Below are positions 58,786 through 64,000 of a stretch of DNA of 64,000 nucleotides, one piece after another. The stretch is taken from IMG/VR virus record IMGVR_UViG_3300015608_001493; one strand, given 5' to 3'. Origin of the DNA: an uncultured virus (IMG/VR IMGVR_UViG_3300015608_001493). Its lineage: Duplodnaviria > Heunggongvirae > Uroviricota > Caudoviricetes. The notes under the pieces were generated by a model. That model was given only the letters and a program-made list of their open reading frames with translations. It did no database searches and was not told where the DNA came from. The first letter of the stretch is position 1; the number at the start of each line of letters is the position of its first letter. Position numbers and translations under genes: made by a program.

Positions 58786-59179
58786 ATTTAAAATTGTAAC
58801 GGATATGCAATTTGAATACCAACACAAAGTAGGGACAGACTACGTAACTGTCAATTTTTATAGTATCAACAAGTTAAAGGAAGAATCTCGCATCAAACTA
58901 TATGAGGTTCTTAATAAACTTGGAATGACATTTGGAAAAGGAGGTGAAATCAGATTTCCTTCTTTCATTACCTCACAAGTCCTTCAAGAAGTAATCCACA
59001 ACACTTGCTTTGTATGTGGAGGACTGATGAAGGATTCTACGGCGTTAGATAATACTTATGTAACAAGTGTTGATTTTCCCGGAGAAACAAATTTAAGAGG
59101 ATGTACTCAATCCAAGATTGGTTACCCTGTTATGAAAAATGTTCGCAAATGTTCAAGTTGTGGACATTCACACACATAA
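58781..59179 (+). CDS. Hypothetical protein with zinc ribbon
   Basis: CFVCGG...KCSSCGHS; start may be ATG 58805. Confidence 0.7.
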   Translation: MRFKIVTDMQFEYQHKVGTDYVTVNFYSINKLKEESRIKLYEVLNKLGMTFGKGGEIRFPSFITSQVLQEVIHNTCFVCGGLMKDSTALDNTYVTSVDFPGETNLRGCTQSKIGYPVMKNVRKCSSCGHSHT

Positions 59180-59189
59180 ATCAAAACGT

Positions 59190-59492
59190 ATGAATCAGTT
59201 TTCAAACCAAAATTCAGAACGTATTCGTTACTGGATTAAAAATAACATACATATGGTTTGGGATGCAGTAAGAAAACTGCAAGAAATCCCAAATCAGTCC
59301 ATGATTCTTCGTATAACATTTTACAAAGAGTCATACCCCATTGTAATGCAATGGGCCAAATTGTCTAGCCCTGAATTAGGTATCGGTACGGATAATGAAA
59401 GAACAGATTTCATATCCGAAGATATGTGGTTAATTAGTGGAGAATTTTCCTCAATTAACGCCTTTGCTGATTGGGTAAACAATGTAAAGTAG
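59190..59492 (+). CDS. Hypothetical protein
   Basis: MNQFSNQ start downstream of the previous stop. Confidence 0.65.
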   Translation: MNQFSNQNSERIRYWIKNNIHMVWDAVRKLQEIPNQSMILRITFYKESYPIVMQWAKLSSPELGIGTDNERTDFISEDMWLISGEFSSINAFADWVNNVK

Positions 59493-60330
59493 TAAGAACA
59501 CTGGGATTCCAACAGACTATTCTATTGTAGTACGATAAACTACATTAAAATAAGTGATCCTGTAAATTGTAGGTGGACGTAGAACTTCGGTATGCGTTGT
59601 TGCAGGGGACTTAAAAACCTTCTTAGTTTAGATAGATCATACTCTTGATTGATTCTAAATGAAAAATAGAGATACTCATGTATTGAAATCCAGTTAAACT
59701 ATTCTTGAATGAGCCAAGATAGAGTAATAGTTAAACTGGTAAACACTCCCTTGAAAAAGAGGATGTCAGTTCCTTAAATGGAAATAAGAATTAGTTTAAT
59801 AATCAATACTAATTCGAGGGCAAGCAGGCTGATAGCCACAGTAGATAACATAAATAAGACAGAATTGGTATGAGATAATACCTATATCTTTAAGGTCGTT
59901 CTGTTATGGCTTAGTTTTAAAATAGCCGTTATCAAACTGTTTAATATGCGTTTTGTATATCTCTATGTAATTAGAGTCCTGTGAAAATCAGCAATACATA
60001 GTTCATCCTATAAATTGCACCTGATTACAGTGATATACAATCCTAATTGATTAACTCAAAGGCCAAGAGTTAATTGATATTGTGCGCGAGGAATGTCAAC
60101 ATTCCTCAATAGAAAGTTTAAATTTATACCACCTATAAGAAATCATTGCCTCTTCAAGGTAACATTTTCAAACCAGTAATGGTGAGATAATGAAGAGTAA
60201 ATTAGATAAGTAAAACCTGACCTGTTGGAATGAAATCAAATTGAAAGTTAGTTAACTAACTGGGTCTTATAACCTCGTAAAACTGCGAGAGGCGCAAAAA
60301 CAAATAGGAGGAATCATTTTTGATTCCAAT
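59493..60330 (+). ncRNA. Structured noncoding tract
   Basis: About 840 nt without an ORF of 60 aa or more; stems GAATTAGT/ACTAATTC, TTGTATATC/GATATACAA, TTAACTC/GAGTTAA and GAGGAATG/CATTCCTC. Confidence 0.45.
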
Positions 60331-60339
60331 TATAAAAAT

Positions 60340-60648
60340 ATGAATATCAATATTCAAATCAACCTGACCAAAGCATTAGCAGAAGGATGCGTCCTTACTG
60401 TTAATCAAAATGGAGGGTTGTACTGTCCCAAGGGACAGGAAAAGGTTCGGACACAGAAGGTGGTGCAATCCATTCATCACCTAAGTGCTCTTACTATTAA
60501 CCATTTTTTGAACTATCCGTCTGCAAAATATAATGCAGATCAGTTCAAGAAACTCTCGACCATTGCTCGTATTAATGCACATATTGAAGATATGTTGCAT
60601 GATATGCGTGGTCGCGGTGTTATTGTGACAAGCGCTACACTTGTTTGA
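60340..60648 (+). CDS. Hypothetical protein
   Basis: 102-aa ORF after a TAAAAAT leader. Confidence 0.7.
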   Translation: MNINIQINLTKALAEGCVLTVNQNGGLYCPKGQEKVRTQKVVQSIHHLSALTINHFLNYPSAKYNADQFKKLSTIARINAHIEDMLHDMRGRGVIVTSATLV

Positions 60649-60744
60649 ATCAAAAAAACCCTGCACTGATCATCGGGTAATAGAGGATCACTTTCAACGG
60701 GATGTAGCGCAGTCCGGTAGCGCACCTGCTTTGGGAATATTTTA

Positions 60745-60776
60745 TTTGAATTTTCCATAGCAATTTCGTATATTTG
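60745..60776 (+). promoter_or_regulatory. Bacteroidota sigma70-type promoter for the HNH gene
   Basis: TTTG-N20-TATATTTG exact consensus ending 4 nt before the ATG (probably leaderless). Confidence 0.8.
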
Positions 60777-60780
60777 TTGT

Positions 60781-61134
60781 ATGAAAACAAATTGTACAAA
60801 ATGCGGAAAGGAGATAAGTAAATCTCCATCTCAAATAAAACGTTCAAAAACTGGTAATTTATACTGTAGCAAGAGTTGCGCAGTAAGTAACAATAATAGT
60901 CTATTTAAACAAGGAAGAAATCATCCTAACTATAAAAGCGGAATAAGCTTTTATAGGAGTTTAAAACTCTCAAATATAAGTAAACCAAAATGTGAACGGT
61001 GCGGTATAGAACACCCATGTTTACTTCAAGTTCACCATATAGATGAAAATAGGAAAAATAATGACTTGTCAAATCTGATTATTTTATGTGCAAACTGTCA
61101 TCTACTTGCTCATTGCAAGATACCAGAATCTTAG
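60781..61134 (+). CDS. HNH homing endonuclease with N-terminal zinc finger
   Basis: CTKCGK...YCSKSC; CERCG...VHHIDENRKNNDLSNLIILCANCHLLAH. Confidence 0.92.
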   Translation: MKTNCTKCGKEISKSPSQIKRSKTGNLYCSKSCAVSNNNSLFKQGRNHPNYKSGISFYRSLKLSNISKPKCERCGIEHPCLLQVHHIDENRKNNDLSNLIILCANCHLLAHCKIPES

Positions 61135-61188
61135 CAAGAGGTCCCAGGTTCGAATCCTGGTATCCCGACATTTTTGAATAAAAAACAT

Positions 61189-61311
61189 ATGGAATATTTT
61201 ATTGTACCATTTGCAGTTTTGGCCGTCCCTGCGGCAATTTATTTTCTTTTTAAAGCCTATGCTTATAGGCCAAAAAACTCTAACTCAAATATAATTGATG
61301 ACGACTTCTGA
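61189..61311 (+). CDS. Small membrane peptide (40 aa)
   Basis: MEYFIVPFAVLAVPAAIYFLFKAY...; A-rich leader; overlaps the next start. Confidence 0.5.
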   Translation: MEYFIVPFAVLAVPAAIYFLFKAYAYRPKNSNSNIIDDDF

Positions 61312-61774
61312 ATTTTACCAAAATTTATACCGATATATTCAGCATCATCGACAAACAATTAATGAGAACGTTGAAATGTTGGATGAAGTGTTTGTCCAAA
61401 CCTTTAATCTGAAAACCGTACTGTATCAAAAAACCAGTGTTCTAGATACTGATTACGATTGGAAATACCTTTCAGAATTAGGTCTAACAGGCAGTGTAGA
61501 AGGATGGATATTTGCTGAGGTCAGTGATATACCTTCTGAGTTTGAAGGCTGGAAGGTTAAAGCGGTATTTGTTGAAAACTTACCTGATCCGGATGACTGT
61601 AATTGGACTGAAAAATCGGTCTATATTACAAAGACAGCAATGATTATGACCGATGTAGATCGTATGTTTGCGATATATGATCGTGAAACAAATAATAGTT
61701 CAGGACTGATGAAATATATAGATTACTTAAAGTGGTTTAACTTTCATTTAGTGGAGTTAGAGAAACTCCACTAA
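61295..61774 (+). CDS. Hypothetical protein
   Basis: 159-aa acidic ORF. Confidence 0.7.
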   Translation: MMTTSEFYQNLYRYIQHHRQTINENVEMLDEVFVQTFNLKTVLYQKTSVLDTDYDWKYLSELGLTGSVEGWIFAEVSDIPSEFEGWKVKAVFVENLPDPDDCNWTEKSVYITKTAMIMTDVDRMFAIYDRETNNSSGLMKYIDYLKWFNFHLVELEKLH

Positions 61775-61988
61775 ATGAAATTGGAGGAGGAATGGCTTGA
61801 GGAAAGTAATTTCATGGCGGGGAGTCTGATGTAATATTAGACTCCCATTTTAAAATAGAAAAATTGGTTTCACGATACCCAAACGTACTTTTTGATGAAA
61901 ACATGGTTCAACGAATTAAGGATTTTGTTGAACATTGTAGTTATAACTATTATGGGAATTTACTTACGATTTAAACATAGATCCAACA

Positions 61989-62213
61989 ATGTTTAGTTTA
62001 TTTAAAAAATCCGAGCGTTTAGATATTGCTGAGAAAATTCTTGAAAGAGATAAACGTTTTAATCAGCAATACCAGGACGCTCTGAAAATACACACCTTAG
62101 AAAAAGTCGTTGCGTTTTGTATTATGGTAATTGTTGTTTTTATCATATATTTGCAACTTCCTAAATACAAGGAAACAACTCATTACAAAGAGTATTATGA
62201 ACAAAATCGCTGA
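61989..62213 (+). CDS. Small membrane protein
   Basis: Single TM segment VVAFCIMVIVVFIIYL. Confidence 0.6.
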   Translation: MFSLFKKSERLDIAEKILERDKRFNQQYQDALKIHTLEKVVAFCIMVIVVFIIYLQLPKYKETTHYKEYYEQNR

Positions 62214-62227
62214 CTTTTTGTAATTTA

Positions 62228-62590
62228 ATGCTTATGACCAGTTTACAAATTGTTCAAAAAATAATTCAAAGTTGGGAAATGGACGATTATCTCGACTTTC
62301 AGATAACTACTCAACCCGTCTATATTGATGAATATTTTAGTGATAATAATGTTCATGTAATGCAAGAATGTTTGGTTATTATTGCCAAACATAAGCAAAT
62401 AACTGTTTTGCCCGCCGACTGTCATGCAGACTATACAGTAGAAACATATCAAACAGATTGTGTGAATGCAATTGATTTGTTACCATTTTCAATAGTGGTG
62501 TTTGAATCGTTTTTCGGTATTCAAATTTTTGATGGATATAAAAATTCAATTTTTGAATGCTCAACGGATTTACTAAAGATTTTAGAATAA
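62228..62590 (+). CDS. Hypothetical protein
   Basis: 120-aa ORF. Confidence 0.6.
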   Translation: MLMTSLQIVQKIIQSWEMDDYLDFQITTQPVYIDEYFSDNNVHVMQECLVIIAKHKQITVLPADCHADYTVETYQTDCVNAIDLLPFSIVVFESFFGIQIFDGYKNSIFECSTDLLKILE

Positions 62591-62624
62591 CAGTGCTGAA
62601 AAGGTAGACCTTTAAAACTTAATA

Positions 62625-62711
62625 CGAGATGTGGCGAAACTGGTAGCACGCAGCAGACTTAAAATCTGCCGAGCAGGAATGCTCATACGGGTTCGAGTCC
62701 CGTCATCTCGA
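62625..62711 (+). tRNA. tRNA-Leu(TAA)
   Basis: CGAGATG/CATCTCG acceptor; GCAGA-CTTAAAA-TCTGC; long variable arm; T-arm. Confidence 0.92.
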
Positions 62712-63017
62712 CTCTATCGTTAATAATTTTAGTAATAATGTCTAAATATTTTTGAGAAGTTTTTGGTGTGATATATGATTGCTGACTTGTATCTATTATA
62801 CATAGATCAATTTTCGCATTTTGGGCTTGATTATCAAGGTTGTCAAGACGAAACTGATTTCAACCAGTTTCTTCGAACACATGTTCGTTAAATTAAAATA
62901 AAATACTAAATATCATAAAGTAGGGAAAGACCTCTGGATAAGGAACTATTCCAGTAGGTCTTCAAAGTTCCAATGTGATAAAAAACTTACGGTGATGAAA
63001 TTGGAATAAACCGTATT

Positions 63018-63089
63018 GCCGGATTAACTCAGTGGTAGAGTAACTGTTTTGTACTCAGTAAGTCAGGGGTTCGAATCCCTTATCCGGCT
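63018..63089 (+). tRNA. tRNA-Thr(TGT)
   Basis: GCCGGAT/ATCCGGC acceptor; ACTGT-TTTGTAC-TCAGT anticodon arm with a U31-U39 mismatch. Confidence 0.85.
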
Positions 63090-63178
63090 CTAAACTAAAA
63101 ATTAAAATTCTGAAAAATTATATACTTTAAAATGAATTTTTTATTATTTATATAGTTGTATTAGGAGGCTTATTTATA

Positions 63179-63475
63179 GTGGCTTTTGACATAGCATCTG
63201 CTATGTCAATTAACTATGTCGAAGCAACGATTAAAGATTTAGTTTCTCAGCAAAATATTTCTGGATCAAAAGATAACACGAAAACCAATTTCAGATATAT
63301 TGTTATTACTGATAACGAAACTTTTATTGTTGAAAATAGTATTCTTAATGGTAAATTTGATAATTCGAACTTGTTTTTTCGTCTTGAAAAAGATAAAAAA
63401 TACAAGTTTAAAGTATCAGGATTTGGAAAAGGGTTTTTAACAGATTATCGAAACATTTTGTCTTATTCTCAATAA
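63179..63475 (+). CDS. Membrane-anchored phage protein (true N-terminus probably upstream, frameshifted)
   Basis: YIVITDNETF...KFDNSN...KFKVSG..YRNI domain; hydrophobic in-frame extension upstream without an ATG. Confidence 0.6.
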   Translation: MAFDIASAMSINYVEATIKDLVSQQNISGSKDNTKTNFRYIVITDNETFIVENSILNGKFDNSNLFFRLEKDKKYKFKVSGFGKGFLTDYRNILSYSQ

Positions 63476-63482
63476 GACAATT

Positions 63483-63569
63483 GGAGAGTTGGGTGAGTGG
63501 TTGAAACCGACGGTCTTGAAAACCGTTGTACCTGCAAAGGTACCGTGGGTTCGAATCCCACATTCTCCG
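63483..63569 (+). tRNA. tRNA-Ser(TGA)
   Basis: GGAGAGT/ATTCTCC acceptor, G73; ACGGT-CTTGAAA-ACCGT; long variable arm. Confidence 0.93.
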
Positions 63570-63595
63570 CTTCATAAATTTTAAGGATGGTAGGC

Positions 63596-63624
63596 AAGGG
63601 GTAGGTCAAGAGTACCTACCCCTT
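63596..63624 (+). terminator. Hairpin / terminator after the tRNA cluster
   Basis: AAGGGGTAGGT/ACCTACCCCTT 11-bp stem followed by TAACTTTT. Confidence 0.6.
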
Positions 63625-63638
63625 TAACTTTTGTAAAA

Positions 63639-63854
63639 ATGGATAGAATTAAACTTGCAATTTTATGGTTTTTGAATACTTTTTTTGAAAAGTATTTTTA
63701 TTTGTGTGTAACACTGGTTTTAATGGTACTAAACCTGTTACCTTTTCCGCAAACAGTTGGTGAAGCCTTATTTTTCACAATTGTTGTTTTTATTTTTTAT
63801 GAATTAATCGAATATCTTATCAAGAAGATAAAAATAAGTTTTACAACCATATAA
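63639..63854 (+). CDS. Small membrane protein
   Basis: Two hydrophobic segments. Confidence 0.6.
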   Translation: MDRIKLAILWFLNTFFEKYFYLCVTLVLMVLNLLPFPQTVGEALFFTIVVFIFYELIEYLIKKIKISFTTI

Positions 63855-63872
63855 AAACTCAGTTCATTGTAA

Positions 63873-64000
63873 ATGACGTTTAGAGAGTTTAATAGACAGA
63901 TCCAAAATCAATTTGATCAAATGCAACAATACAAGTTGTTTCGATTGAATTGTTCTGGACAGCAAATCTGGGATACGTATTTAGCAGGATTTACTCGTGA
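63873..64000 (+). CDS. Phage protein, N-terminal fragment (truncated)
   Basis: MTFREFNRQIQNQFDQM..KLFR...GQQIWDTYLAGF; open to the window end. Confidence 0.65.
   Translation, partial: MTFREFNRQIQNQFDQMQQYKLFRLNCSGQQIWDTYLAGFTR

Larger units (their letters stand above)
60698..61168 (+). tRNA. tRNA-Pro(TGG) split by a 397-nt HNH-encoding insertion
   Basis: 5' half 60698-60735 (CGGGATG...CCTGC-TTTGGG) and 3' half 61133-61168 (AGCAAG-AGGTC-CCAGGTTCGAATCCTGG-TATCCCG-A) join to a canonical cloverleaf. Confidence 0.9.

Noticed and set aside
60736..61132. Group I or II intron in tRNA-Pro
   Set aside because: The insert is almost entirely promoter plus ORF; no P7/catalytic core, terminal G or domain V is visible.
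62738..62896. ORF that reads through four TGA codons as if TGA were Trp
   Set aside because: An overlapping stop-free frame (ATG 62775, MIADLYLLY..., 38 aa) explains three of the four TGAs as out-of-frame Asp codons; there is no other evidence of recoding.
57848..63640. tRNA-associated theta (HDV-like) or hammerhead ribozymes
   Set aside because: Sequences 3' of the tRNAs are AT-rich without the nested double pseudoknot; the CTGATGA hits I saw lie inside CDSs without hammerhead stems.
1..64000. Stop-codon reassignment (TAG or TGA), common in some crAss-like phages
   Set aside because: Long genes are intact in the standard code; TGA and TAG serve as stops at gene junctions; no suppressor tRNA is present (tRNA-Ser anticodon TGA reads UCA).

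Overview
This is a 64-kb segment of a large AT-rich dsDNA phage genome with the gene content and order of crAss-like phages (Crassvirales or a close relative), most likely infecting Bacteroidota, since TTTG-N20-TAnnTTTG promoters are present. It reads in the standard genetic code. Positions 1-52.4 kb form one minus-strand late/structural block: terminase, portal, scaffold, major capsid, ring/tail/muzzle proteins, ferritin, cargo proteins, a 3578-aa virion RNA polymerase polyprotein, an amidase and tail fibres. Positions 52.5-64 kb form a plus-strand early/accessory block of small ORFs, five tRNA genes and long, hairpin-dense noncoding tracts. Most notable observations: (1) a tRNA-Pro(TGG) gene split in its anticodon loop by a 397-nt insert that is only a promoter plus an HNH endonuclease gene, with no ribozyme core; (2) clusters of compact H-type RNA pseudoknots with A-rich linkers in the early region, possibly antitoxin-like decoys; (3) a 37-36-37 nt repeat-spacer-repeat resembling a CRISPR mini-array, whose spacer also folds back on the repeat; (4) terminal cysteines on consecutive Cys-poor cargo proteins, with a catalytically dead Hint-fold gene at one junction; (5) a Gly1 class-3-type intein; (6) AGCT depletion broken by a patch at the 3' end of the RNAP gene. 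All calls are by manual motif and structure reading; no searches were run.
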